Positions 11,082 through 20,397 of a stretch of 43,957 bases of DNA are shown here, piece after piece; positions within the stretch are counted from its first letter, which is position 1, and every line of letters begins with the position of its first letter. The position numbers were made by a program, and so were the translations under genes. Source of the DNA: Gammaproteobacteria bacterium (lineage in GTDB: Bacteria; Pseudomonadota; Gammaproteobacteria; JAAEPA01); assembly GCA_024222475.1 (NCBI GenBank), contig JAAEPA010000958.1, forward strand, positions 1 to 43,957. The letters run 5' to 3'. The notes under the pieces were generated by a model. It was not told the DNA's origin. It saw only the letters and a program-made list of their open reading frames with translations, and ran no database searches.

Positions 11082-11199
11082 TCCCTATCTGACTTGCCGT
11101 ATCGCTCGTATTCAGCATTGTGACAACAGTGACATAGCTAAAGCTATGCGCTTGTTGTCATTTCTTGAATACATACGACTATTGGGCGCCGGTTAGGGA
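11082..11199. repeat. About 120-bp imperfect palindrome (MITE-like, possible bidirectional terminator)
   Basis: Nested arms TCCCT..GTATTCA..TGACAACA..CATAGCT-AA-AGCTATG..TGTTGTCA..TGAATAC..AGGGA between convergent genes. Confidence 0.65.
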
Positions 11200-11217
11200 A
11201 ATATGTCGTTCGCATTC

Positions 11218-11853
11218 CTAACTTGCCCTTCCTGCTGGACCAGCGGGACCTATGGGGCCGGAGGGACCTGACTCACCCTGCGGACCGTGAGGCCCGGAGG
11301 GACCTGGATCACCTTGTGGGCCGTGGGGACCGGCGGGTCCTCGACGACCTAGCGCACCACGATCTCCCTTATCCCCCTTGCCTCCTGTTGGCCCCGAATC
11401 TCCCTTTTGACCCTCAGGACCGGTGGGGCCTGTAGGTCCGGGAGAACCAGAAGGTCCGACCGGACCCATAGGTCCTCCAGCGGGACCAGGTACACCTATG
11501 GGACCCGCCGACCCCATGGGTCCGGGTGGACCGGGCTCTCCTTGAGGACCATGTAAGCCTGCCGGACCTGATTCGCCCTGCAGACCATGCGGACCTGGCG
11601 GGCCCATGGGCCCCGCCGGTCCGGGTTCGCCCTGGGGACCCTGTGGACCAGGAGGTCCCGGAAGAACCGCTGGTGCGGGTTCGCCATTCTCACCCTTGGG
11701 CCCCGGCGGCCCAGCGGGCCCCTCTTTCAATTCAAGCTTGGAGAGCCTTTCGGTTAACTCACTAACCATCGCAGTTAGTGACTGTACCGAGCCCTCCAGC
11801 GCAGTAATTTTTTCGGCCTTGCTCACTACGGATTTAGCTCTTCTTTTTCCCAT
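11218..11853 (-). CDS. Collagen-like protein (N-terminal coiled coil plus 53 Gly-X-Y triplets)
   Basis: Heptads I16/L19/V23/L26/V30/L33/L37/L40, then Gly-X-Y blocks of 5, 20 and 28 triplets running to the C-terminus. AGGA RBS upstream. Confidence 0.88.
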   Translation of the reverse strand: MGKRRAKSVVSKAEKITALEGSVQSLTAMVSELTERLSKLELKEGPAGPPGPKGENGEPAPAVLPGPPGPQGPQGEPGPAGPMGPPGPHGLQGESGPAGLHGPQGEPGPPGPMGSAGPIGVPGPAGGPMGPVGPSGSPGPTGPTGPEGQKGDSGPTGGKGDKGDRGALGRRGPAGPHGPQGDPGPSGPHGPQGESGPSGPIGPAGPAGRAS

Positions 11854-11941
11854 GAGTTAGTTCATCCTATTTATGAATAGTTCTAGCACGATGCCATCAG
11901 AATACCCTATTCAGTCCCCGAAAAGCTATCGCTCAATACTT

Positions 11942-12760
11942 TCACATAGGCTCAACCAACAGTTGTGGATCCAAGCGAGCCGCAAAAAGATTGATACGCC
12001 AGTCCAAATGGGCGCCGGTGGATCGCCCGGTTGCCCCCACCTCGGCGATGACGTCACCTTGGCGTACAATTTGACCCTCCTTAACTTGAATCCTACCTAG
12101 GTGCAGAAAACTCGAAGACAGCCCATGGCCATGGTCCAATATTAGAGTTCCCCCGGAAAAATACATGTCCGGGTGCGTCAGTGTAATCACGCCATCGGCG
12201 GGAGCACGAACCACAGTCCCTTTGGGTGCGGCAATATCGACCCCATAGTGAGGCCTTTTGGGCTGACCATTAAGAATACGCTGACTGCCATACACCCCTG
12301 TAATTTTCCCCGTTAGAGGCCAGATAAACCCCTCCAGAAAATCAGTGCGGGGATCATCGAGCCGCCGAGCCTCCTTTACCAGGGCAACCTCGGTACGAAT
12401 ACGCTCCAGCGCCTTGGTACTGGGGTTTACCTTATTGGGAGACAAACCATTGATGCGCTGTATTCGGTAATCACGTTGACTAATCTCCAATATAGTTTGA
12501 TGGCGGTGTCCATCGGGCAATATGACTGTTAGTTGTTGCCGTTTAGGGACATCACGGCCAAAACCGAGAAGGAATAAACCCCGATCAGAAACACGTATCG
12601 CACGACCCTCGAACTCGACCCTGGCACCGGAGAGCGTTCTCCCCTGTACCAGGCCTCCCTGCACCAAATTCCCGTCTAACTGTAGACTGGCACCAAATAA
12701 CGGAACCATCCAGAGCGTAGCGACCAAACCGATAAAAAAACTTACGGTTATAGGCATCAT
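11942..12760 (-). CDS. M23 family metallopeptidase, exported
   Basis: Signal peptide; HYGVD (HxxxD) and AHLDW zinc motifs; LDHGHGLSSSFLHL. Confidence 0.9.
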   Translation of the reverse strand: MMPITVSFFIGLVATLWMVPLFGASLQLDGNLVQGGLVQGRTLSGARVEFEGRAIRVSDRGLFLLGFGRDVPKRQQLTVILPDGHRHQTILEISQRDYRIQRINGLSPNKVNPSTKALERIRTEVALVKEARRLDDPRTDFLEGFIWPLTGKITGVYGSQRILNGQPKRPHYGVDIAAPKGTVVRAPADGVITLTHPDMYFSGGTLILDHGHGLSSSFLHLGRIQVKEGQIVRQGDVIAEVGATGRSTGAHLDWRINLFAARLDPQLLVEPM

Positions 12761-12811
12761 TCACCTCACTCGGTCAAAATTGGTATTTGCAACGCCTGCA
12801 AATACTGCAGC

Positions 12812-14152
12812 TCAGGATCGTTGATCGAAATCCAGCCTACGTCCCTTGACGTTTTCAACAAAGCTTCCCTGCTGGTAGGCGACCTGACCACTGACCAAGA
12901 CAGTATCGACACGAGAACGAAAACTGATTCCCTCGAAGGGTGACCAACCGCATTTATATAGAACATCTTGTCGATCAACGGTAAAGGCATCGTCTAGATC
13001 CACCAAGACCAGATCCGCCCAGTATCCTTCTCGGATGTAACCTCGTTCCTTGATCCCAAAACATCGGGCAACGGCATGGCTGGTTTTTTCCACGATCAAC
13101 TCCAGCGAGAACCTATTGTCATGGAACAACTCCAACAATGCGGGCAGGGCATGCTGAACCAGCGGCAGACCCGAAGGAGCCTTGAAATAGGTATTGTCTT
13201 TTTCCTCTTTGGTATGGGGAGCATGATCAGTACCGATCACATCGATTCTACCCTCCCGCACGGCCTGGATCAGTGCTTCACGATCCTGGCGTGTCTTAAT
13301 GGCAGGATTGCATTTGATCAGCGTTCCCTTTTCTGCATAAGCGCTTTCATCAAAGTACAAATGGTGCACGCAGGCCTCGGCGGTGATGCGCTTGCGCTCT
13401 AGGGGCTCGGTGGAGAACAGCTTGAGTTCGCCTGCCGTGCTCAGGTGCAGGACATGCAGGCGGGTATCATGCTCACGGGCCAGTTCCACGGCAAACGAGG
13501 ATGATTTATAACAGGCCTCGGCACTGCGAATGCTGGGGTGATATCGAACGGGTACATCATCGCCATATTGCTCCCGGTAGCGATGTTCGTTCGCGCTGAT
13601 CATGGGAGTATCTTCACAATGGGTAGCAATGAGCGTTGGGGCATGGATAAATATCTGTTCCAAAACTTTAGGATCATCCACCAGCATATTTCCAGTAGAG
13701 GCCCCCATAAAGACCTTGATACCGCAGGCCGCCGCGTGATCCAGCGCCCGGATGACATCGAGATTGTCATTGGTGGCCCCCAAATAAAAGGCATAATTGG
13801 CCACTGATTTCTGAGCCGCCTGCGCGTATTTCTGTTCCAGTGCCTGCAGAGTCACCGTCTGAGGACGTGTATTGGGCATGTCCATAAAACTGGTGATCCC
13901 CCCGGCAAGGGCAGCCCTGGACTCGGTGTGGAAATCCGCCTTATGAGTCAAGCCGGGGTCTCGAAAATGGACCTGATCATCGATCATGCCCGGCAGCAAA
14001 ACCTTACCCGAGGCATCGATGACCGTATCGACCGTGCGCCAGCTTAGATCGGCATCCAATTGCTCGATACGGCCGTTACGAATATAGACATCTAAGGACT
14101 GCGATCGCCCTTCATTAACGATGCGCGCATTGGTGATGAGGATGGATTTCAT
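12812..14152 (-). CDS. pyrC: Dihydroorotase
   Basis: PGMIDDQVHFRDPG, DMPNT, KVFMGASTGNM, KCNPAIK, TDHAPHT, KCGWSPFEG. ATG at 14152 preferred over the upstream TTG. Confidence 0.92.
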   Translation of the reverse strand: MKSILITNARIVNEGRSQSLDVYIRNGRIEQLDADLSWRTVDTVIDASGKVLLPGMIDDQVHFRDPGLTHKADFHTESRAALAGGITSFMDMPNTRPQTVTLQALEQKYAQAAQKSVANYAFYLGATNDNLDVIRALDHAAACGIKVFMGASTGNMLVDDPKVLEQIFIHAPTLIATHCEDTPMISANEHRYREQYGDDVPVRYHPSIRSAEACYKSSSFAVELAREHDTRLHVLHLSTAGELKLFSTEPLERKRITAEACVHHLYFDESAYAEKGTLIKCNPAIKTRQDREALIQAVREGRIDVIGTDHAPHTKEEKDNTYFKAPSGLPLVQHALPALLELFHDNRFSLELIVEKTSHAVARCFGIKERGYIREGYWADLVLVDLDDAFTVDRQDVLYKCGWSPFEGISFRSRVDTVLVSGQVAYQQGSFVENVKGRRLDFDQRS

Positions 14153-14204
14153 TTTCAAAATAATACTTTAGCCTTATGCAAACAGTCGGAATTTATATTA
14201 CAAA

Positions 14205-14258
14205 TGGTGCGTATGGCGCATCCTACTCTAAGCGACGTTGGGTGTGCTATGCGTACCT
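14205..14258. repeat. REP-like doublet (GTAG-type, inverted pair)
   Basis: Reverse complement of 14205-14226 is GTAGGATGCGCCATACGCACCA; a degenerate inverted copy GTTGGGTGTGCTATGCGTACC starts at 14237. Confidence 0.6.
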
Positions 14259-14264
14259 ATATTT

Positions 14265-14717
14265 CTAAGCGCTTGGGAAACCAAATAACCAGTAATACCC
14301 GACGTTATAGTAGGCATGTAGAAATATCGCCGGCGTCAAAGATTGATATTTATCCTTGAAATAACCGAACAACAGCGAGGGGATGAACACTGCTGCCGCC
14401 CATAGAGGGGCATGGTAGAGGAGATGCATGGCCGTGAACAACAGACTGGTCAACAGATTGGCCATCGTGATCGGCCCTAGGGGAGCAGCCTTCAATATTT
14501 TTACGAAAAATTCCTGAATAAACCCGCGAAAAACGATTTCTTCTACCACAGGATAGAGCGCTGCAGGAACCAAAAAAGCCACTGGGCGATCGAGCGGCCA
14601 AGCCAGGTTCAGATCAGGCCGAAAAATAAATAATAGACCGCCCCAGAATGCTAGACCAGCAACAACCGCGCCCCACAGATAGCCGTCACGTATCACACCT
14701 TTTTTGTACCAGGTCAT
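14265..14717 (-). CDS. CPBP (CAAX/Abi) glutamic intramembrane protease, MrtJ-like sorting enzyme
   Basis: EEIVFR, FTAMH and HAYYN catalytic motifs; hydrophobic; overlaps the 3' end of the gene for a protein with a Gly-rich/Cys/TM tail. Confidence 0.88.
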   Translation of the reverse strand: MTWYKKGVIRDGYLWGAVVAGLAFWGGLLFIFRPDLNLAWPLDRPVAFLVPAALYPVVEEIVFRGFIQEFFVKILKAAPLGPITMANLLTSLLFTAMHLLYHAPLWAAAVFIPSLLFGYFKDKYQSLTPAIFLHAYYNVGYYWLFGFPSA

Positions 14718-17451
14718 AGTGTTGACATAAGGCGTGGAAGCTGGCCAGCAGCACTAAAATCAGAAATAAGGCATCGAATTTTCCATCTGGGCTCAACATA
14801 CAACCACCTCCACCTCCATTGCCGGAACCGCCGTTGTTACTACTAGGGGCCGGGGGGGAGAGCCCAACCCGGAAGACTCCGCGCCCATGGGTGAAAGCGT
14901 ACAAAGTATTAACACCTTTATGGGTGTTGAGCACCAACTTTTCGGTAACGACATTGGCAAAACCGGAATTCTCCACCATCCAGGTCTGACCGTCATCGGT
15001 GCTCACGAACACGCCAAGGTCCGTGCCCACGTACAAACGGCGGGTATCGCTGGGATCGATAACGATGGAGTGAACGGGAATATCCGGGATGCCGTCAGTC
15101 TGACCGCGCCGATCGATGGGCGTCCAGGTACTGCCTGTATCGACGCTTTTCAATATATGGTCGGTTCCGAAACTGGACACCGTGGCATAGACGATTTGGT
15201 CATCCTGAGGATCAAATGCCAACGAGGAGATGAAGTGGTTAGCGGCGGCTGGGGACTCCGTCCAGACCGTTGCGCTGTTCGCAGACAGGGCACTGCGAGT
15301 ACTCGCTGTATAACCATCACTGGTTCCTGCGATCACCACATCGGAATTCTGTGGGGAAATAGCGACAGACGACAAACTCTTCACCCCGGGGAGGAATGGA
15401 CTCGCCTGTTCCCAAGACTCCGCTTGATTGGTAGTACGCCACATAAAGGCCCCGCCTGTCCACAGGATATTGGAATTTCCGGGATCCATCTCGAAGGGGG
15501 CGATGAATAAAAAATTATTAGTTGATTCGGTGATTCCAATACTGGCGGGGGCGAACACGCTTCCGCCATCGGTAGACTTCTGGATGAGCCCCCCACCCAG
15601 CTCAGCAAAAAGAATCTGGGTGTTATTCGGGTCCACCGCAACAAAACCTCCGTCACCGCCATGGATCTCGCTCCAGGCATTAACGCCGGCCACTTGGCTT
15701 CCGCGTATAGTGCCGTTGTCCTGGGTCCCGCCGAAATAGGTCAAACCATCCGGATAGACTGCTCCATGATAGAACTGGGTGACTCCATAGCCGTTGTTCA
15801 GACTGGTCCAGGCCTGAGCACTCGCATTACTCGGATCACAGGGCGCCTGAAGACCCGTCGCCGTCGCCGCCAGGGCATCATCAGTACGGAAGACCCCCCC
15901 GTCGTTACCGACGAACATCTGCTTATTGCCAGCGCCATTGTAATCGGGATGAAACGCGATCACGTGTTGATCGGCATGGACGTATTGAGGCTCCGTGCTG
16001 TTCGACCAGTAAGAAGCCAGCCCCCAGTTCATACCACCATCATCGGAGCGAAACAGATCGATGCCTCCCGCCCAAACTACATCAGGATCTAGCGGATCTA
16101 CGGCAATGACATTGTCGAACCAGCCCTGATTGAAGAAGGAGTCCACGGAAAAGGAACACTCGGAAGCAAAGGCAAAAAAGGGATTGGTGAGCAACACGGT
16201 GTTAAGCTTGTCACCGTTGGAATTTCTTACCTGTGGAGTCCAGGTTCCACCTCCGTCGGTGGATCGAAACACCGCGTGCAAACCATCTTCAAACTGGCCA
16301 AAGGCAACACTCGCGGAAAGGGCATAAATAATATCCTCATTCGAGGGGGCGATGGCCAATGAGGTTCGCCCCATAGAGGCCTCGGTCAACACCGACGCCC
16401 AGCTGTCACCACCATCGGTAGTTCTGAACACCGCCGCCTGAGTAAAGGTTCCGCAGGCCGCAAAGACATGATCTGGGTCCTGTTCGGTGCGGATGGCTAG
16501 ATCGAGACACCCGCCATTCACTGCCGATGGTTGCACCTGAGTCCAAACCGCCCCCCCATCGATAGAACGGAACACCCCCGCCCGGGTTGCGGCATAGACG
16601 ACCTGAGCATTGTTGTGGCTGACCACTAGATCGTTCACATAGTGAAAATCGGACTTGTTCTCGGGACTCAACAGCTGGGACCAAGTGACACCACCGTCGG
16701 TGGTCTTGAATATCCCGTCACCACGCACGAAATCCCCATTGAAATATCCTTCGCCGGTTCCGGCATAGATCACATTAGGGTTCTGCGGGGACATGGCCAT
16801 TGAATTGACCGCTAGATTGGCGATCAGGTCGCTCAGAGCAGTCCAACTCGTACCCCCATTGGTGGTCTTCCAGACCCCGCCGGCAACCCCGGCAGCATAG
16901 ATGATATCGGCATTGCCCGGATCGATGAGCAGGGCCCTTGTGCGCCCCCCCACATTACCCGGCCCCAGCGCCTGCCAAGCCCCCGAAAACGGTTCCTGGG
17001 GGGCAGGAGCCTGCATCTCGAATTCCCGCGCTGAAAAGGCCCGATTCGAGCGTGTTGCGCTTGAATACCGTTTCATTTGTCTCATATGCTGAGACGCAGC
17101 CCCATAGCGCTCGACCGGCAGAGAGGACTGCCCGAAAGGAGCACGCTTTTGTACATAATACACTTGAGCCTCCTTAGGCTTATCGTAGCGCTTGGGGTTT
17201 TCGATCTTTTGTTTTTGCTTGGTAAGTAGGTAGGCTTTCAATTCATCATTGATCGAAGAGGCAGGGCCGGAAAGGAAGGAAAGTTCTCCTTGGTAGAATA
17301 AGACAATAACCAAGACCATCAAGAAAATCAGGGCCAATCCCACGATCCATCGGATGGCGTATCGTCCTAAACTCGGACCAGACCTGCTACTGATCACGCC
17401 CCCCCCCTGTTGAGACTTGTCGAACACAATACTTGGCTGACTCGAATCCAT
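14686..17451 (-). CDS. Large Asp-box (BNR) beta-propeller surface protein (GH74/Vps10-like fold) with JDVT-CTERM-like sorting tail
   Basis: About 9 (S/T)xDGGxxW-type repeats, GPGNVGGRTRAL, GGTQDNG, THGRG. N-terminal hydrophobic segment; C-tail GGGGGCMLSPDGKFDALFLILVLLASF. Confidence 0.82.
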   Translation of the reverse strand: MDSSQPSIVFDKSQQGGGVISSRSGPSLGRYAIRWIVGLALIFLMVLVIVLFYQGELSFLSGPASSINDELKAYLLTKQKQKIENPKRYDKPKEAQVYYVQKRAPFGQSSLPVERYGAASQHMRQMKRYSSATRSNRAFSAREFEMQAPAPQEPFSGAWQALGPGNVGGRTRALLIDPGNADIIYAAGVAGGVWKTTNGGTSWTALSDLIANLAVNSMAMSPQNPNVIYAGTGEGYFNGDFVRGDGIFKTTDGGVTWSQLLSPENKSDFHYVNDLVVSHNNAQVVYAATRAGVFRSIDGGAVWTQVQPSAVNGGCLDLAIRTEQDPDHVFAACGTFTQAAVFRTTDGGDSWASVLTEASMGRTSLAIAPSNEDIIYALSASVAFGQFEDGLHAVFRSTDGGGTWTPQVRNSNGDKLNTVLLTNPFFAFASECSFSVDSFFNQGWFDNVIAVDPLDPDVVWAGGIDLFRSDDGGMNWGLASYWSNSTEPQYVHADQHVIAFHPDYNGAGNKQMFVGNDGGVFRTDDALAATATGLQAPCDPSNASAQAWTSLNNGYGVTQFYHGAVYPDGLTYFGGTQDNGTIRGSQVAGVNAWSEIHGGDGGFVAVDPNNTQILFAELGGGLIQKSTDGGSVFAPASIGITESTNNFLFIAPFEMDPGNSNILWTGGAFMWRTTNQAESWEQASPFLPGVKSLSSVAISPQNSDVVIAGTSDGYTASTRSALSANSATVWTESPAAANHFISSLAFDPQDDQIVYATVSSFGTDHILKSVDTGSTWTPIDRRGQTDGIPDIPVHSIVIDPSDTRRLYVGTDLGVFVSTDDGQTWMVENSGFANVVTEKLVLNTHKGVNTLYAFTHGRGVFRVGLSPPAPSSNNGGSGNGGGGGCMLSPDGKFDALFLILVLLASFHALCQHYDLVQKRCDT

Positions 17452-17485
17452 TGAAGAACACCTATCGCATTGGCTGGTGAGACGA

Positions 17486-17872
17486 CTACCTGATGCCTGT
17501 CATGTACTGGACATTGATATTGACAAATCCCTTTTCATTGACCTCAAAAGGAATGGCCTGAACACTGAGAAAGGTATGCTTCTGAGGCCGCAGGATATAC
17601 GCGCCAGGTGGCAACACGATACGATAATACCCCTGCGAGTCTGAACCTGCGGAGGCAATAATCTTATCCTTGACATCCCTAACCTCGAGCTGGGTCTGCA
17701 TCGGCTTGCTTCGACACTTGTCGCGTCCGGCCACGGGCACCGCCCCACAAGTCGGGCCCATGGTGACATGCCCCTCCACCCCCCTTTCAGCAGCGGTAGA
17801 TGTCGGTTGCATCGGTGCACAAGCGAGCAATAGTCCCAGCAGGCCCATGATCCCAAGTTTTAGCGTGTGCAT
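17486..17872 (-). CDS. Lipoprotein with carboxypeptidase-regulatory-like beta-sandwich domain
   Basis: Lipobox LLAC; GVEGHVTMGPTC and SDSQGYYRIVLPPGAY motifs. Confidence 0.75.
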   Translation of the reverse strand: MHTLKLGIMGLLGLLLACAPMQPTSTAAERGVEGHVTMGPTCGAVPVAGRDKCRSKPMQTQLEVRDVKDKIIASAGSDSQGYYRIVLPPGAYILRPQKHTFLSVQAIPFEVNEKGFVNINVQYMTGIR

Positions 17873-17905
17873 TGGTATCCATTAACGGTGAGGAACAATT
17901 TTTCC

Positions 17906-19114
17906 TTATCGATACCCTCTGAGGGCCAGCTTCGGTCGCTCCCCGGAAAGGCCCATGGCCCGACGCATCAAATGGTGTTTCAAAGGACCGGAACGATTGG
18001 CAATCGTCAGGCCTGCATTGCGCAATATGGCCACCGGCCCCATGGAGATTGAAAACAGCGTTTTGAATCCTTCCATCAGCCGCATGGTCAGTAGATTATC
18101 CCCTTTTCGGGCCCGCTCATAGCGGCGCAATATGCGCAGACTGCCGATGTCATGCTGCGCCTCTTGCAATACCTCGGCCAGGGCTGCGGCATCCTTAAAC
18201 CCCAGATTGACACCCTGTCCGGCCAGCGGATGGATGCTGTGCGCGGCATCGCCAATGAGAGCGACGCGGGGCAAAATATAGGGATTGGCCTGTCCTCCGC
18301 GTAATGGAAACACCGCCCGGAAGCTGGTGCCCGTGATACTGCCGAGTTTTCCCTCTGATGCCTGAGTCAGCATCTCGCAGAATTCCTCATCCTCCTGATT
18401 GACCAGATCCTCAGCCTGCGCCTTGCTGGTAGACCAAACGATAGAACACAGGCCATTTGCTAAGGGTAAAAAAGCTAGAGGTCCGGTGGGAAGAAATCGC
18501 TGCCAAGCCGTATTTTGATGGGATTGCTCGGTGCTGACATTAGCCACCACCGCATTTTGAGTATAATTTCGAGCCTGAAATGTAATCCCACACAGTGAAC
18601 GGACCCGTGAAGCCGCACCATCCGCACCCACGATGAGCCTTGACCTGATCCGGGTGCCACTGTCCAATTCAACTTCTACCCCATCCGCCCCGATCTCTAT
18701 ATCGCGCACGGTATCCGGACAATACCAGCTAATGCCCTCCAGGCCACGCAAGCGCTCAACCAATGCCCCTTGGATGACCTGGTTTTCAATGATATGTCCC
18801 AGATAAGGCTCGCTTAATTCTACCGCATCGAAATGGATCTCTCCCCGTCCCGACGCATCCCACACATGCATGTGTTGATAAGGGCAGAGTCGGCGCTTTT
18901 CTATCAATGGCCAGACCCCAATGGAGCGTAGAATCTGTTCTGAGCCGGGACTTAGCGCGGATACCCGCTGATCATAGTCGCTTGCGGCATCGAAGGGCCT
19001 CGGTTCCCTCGCCTCGACGACGGCAACCCGCAGGCCGGCACCTGCCAAGGCACAGGCCAGCGTCGCACCAACCATTCCACCACCTGATATCAAAACCTCA
19101 GTATTCAAAATCAC
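17906..19114 (-). CDS. ubiI: UbiH/UbiF/VisC-family FAD monooxygenase (probable UbiI/VisC)
   Basis: GGGMVG, RVSAL, GADG, AWQRFLPTGPLAFLP, GDAAHSIHPLAGQGVNLG; lies downstream of ubiH as in the pepP-ubiH-visC operon. Confidence 0.8.
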   Translation of the reverse strand: MILNTEVLISGGGMVGATLACALAGAGLRVAVVEAREPRPFDAASDYDQRVSALSPGSEQILRSIGVWPLIEKRRLCPYQHMHVWDASGRGEIHFDAVELSEPYLGHIIENQVIQGALVERLRGLEGISWYCPDTVRDIEIGADGVEVELDSGTRIRSRLIVGADGAASRVRSLCGITFQARNYTQNAVVANVSTEQSHQNTAWQRFLPTGPLAFLPLANGLCSIVWSTSKAQAEDLVNQEDEEFCEMLTQASEGKLGSITGTSFRAVFPLRGGQANPYILPRVALIGDAAHSIHPLAGQGVNLGFKDAAALAEVLQEAQHDIGSLRILRRYERARKGDNLLTMRLMEGFKTLFSISMGPVAILRNAGLTIANRSGPLKHHLMRRAMGLSGERPKLALRGYR

Positions 19115-19133
19115 CCCTTGAGATTCACGTTAA

Positions 19134-20396
19134 TTAGGCCGCATTCGTGCCCTGATGAGAAGGTCTCCGCAGTGCCTGACCGACAGCCAATCGCGGCAGG
19201 CGCCCCGCCATACCCATAGTTCGGCGCGCAAACATCCAGCGCAGCGGCGCGATGAGATCCATCACGACCAAACCGAGACCACCGGCATGAGTCATGCCCA
19301 CCAGGGGATTGGTGAATACCCGGGCCAAGGCATCGGTCAGGCGGATAGTTTTTCTAAGATCATCCCGGCGCCAACGTGCAAATTCATTTAGTACGATCTC
19401 GCTCCCGGCATCTTGCTCATCCCCATCGACCAATAATTGAGCCAGGGTGGCGACATCACGCAGGGCAAGGTTAAATCCCTGACCGGCGACAGGATGAATG
19501 CTGTGCGCCGCATTACCCAACAATGCCAGCCTCGGTCCTACCATCTCAAAGGCCTCGATGAGGGTTAAGGGATAGGCACTTCGCGCCCCGGTCTTGACCA
19601 ATCGCCCCATACGGTAACCAAACCGGTGCTGCAAGCGACTGAGAAATTCACTGTCGCTCAATCCCAAGAGAGCATCTACGTCCTGCTCCCGATTAGACCA
19701 CACCAGTGAACAACGCCCCTGGCTTATCGGCAGCAATGCCAATGGACCGGTATCCGTGAACCGTTCATAGGCAATATATTTATGATGCTGTTCAGGGGTA
19801 ACATTGGCGACGATGGCGGTATGTCCGTAGTTGAAACTGCGCACCTGCATACCGGCCTGTTCCCTGACCATCGATGCGCTGCCATCGGCGGCCACCAGCA
19901 AACGCCCGTGAAGCTCCAGCAACTTCCCTTCCCCGGCCTCGGGCCCGGGAGCAACCGTCACGGTCACCCGCTCAGAATCGACAGTAAAATCCCGCAAGCG
20001 AGCAGGCATGATGATAGTAACATTCTTCTGCTTGGAGACTTGCGCATAGAGGCATTCCCCCAACGCTCGGTTGATGACTACGTAACCCAGGGCCTCCACG
20101 CCCTGCTCCGTATGACTAATTCTGGTCGCGCCGAAACGGCCTCGCTCGGATACATGGATATGTTTTATGGGTGTAGCAAAGGCCTTCAGCTCATCCCACA
20201 GACCCAGGGCCTTGAAGGTCCTCACCGATCCGTAAGACAAAGCGACGGTCCTTTCATCATAACTGGGTTGTCCCGACCGTCCCACCGCATGAGCCTCTAT
20301 CAAGGCGATGCGATAATCGCTGGTGGCTAAGGCGTGCGCCAGACTTGCACCGACCATGCCCCCCCCGACGATAATGATATCGTATTCGTGATTCAT
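19134..20396 (-). CDS. ubiH: 2-octaprenyl-6-methoxyphenol hydroxylase
   Basis: Start MNHEYDIIIVGGGMVG at 20396, AYERFTDTGPLALLP, GNAAHSIHPVAGQGFNL; immediately after pepP. Confidence 0.9.
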   Translation of the reverse strand: MNHEYDIIIVGGGMVGASLAHALATSDYRIALIEAHAVGRSGQPSYDERTVALSYGSVRTFKALGLWDELKAFATPIKHIHVSERGRFGATRISHTEQGVEALGYVVINRALGECLYAQVSKQKNVTIIMPARLRDFTVDSERVTVTVAPGPEAGEGKLLELHGRLLVAADGSASMVREQAGMQVRSFNYGHTAIVANVTPEQHHKYIAYERFTDTGPLALLPISQGRCSLVWSNREQDVDALLGLSDSEFLSRLQHRFGYRMGRLVKTGARSAYPLTLIEAFEMVGPRLALLGNAAHSIHPVAGQGFNLALRDVATLAQLLVDGDEQDAGSEIVLNEFARWRRDDLRKTIRLTDALARVFTNPLVGMTHAGGLGLVVMDLIAPLRWMFARRTMGMAGRLPRLAVGQALRRPSHQGTNAA

Positions 20397-20397
20397 A

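Noticed and set aside
11218-11720. Periodic GGNCCN-like DNA repeats as a possible CRISPR or tandem array
   Set aside because: Fully explained by Gly-Pro-X codons of the collagen gene; no constant repeat with unique spacers.
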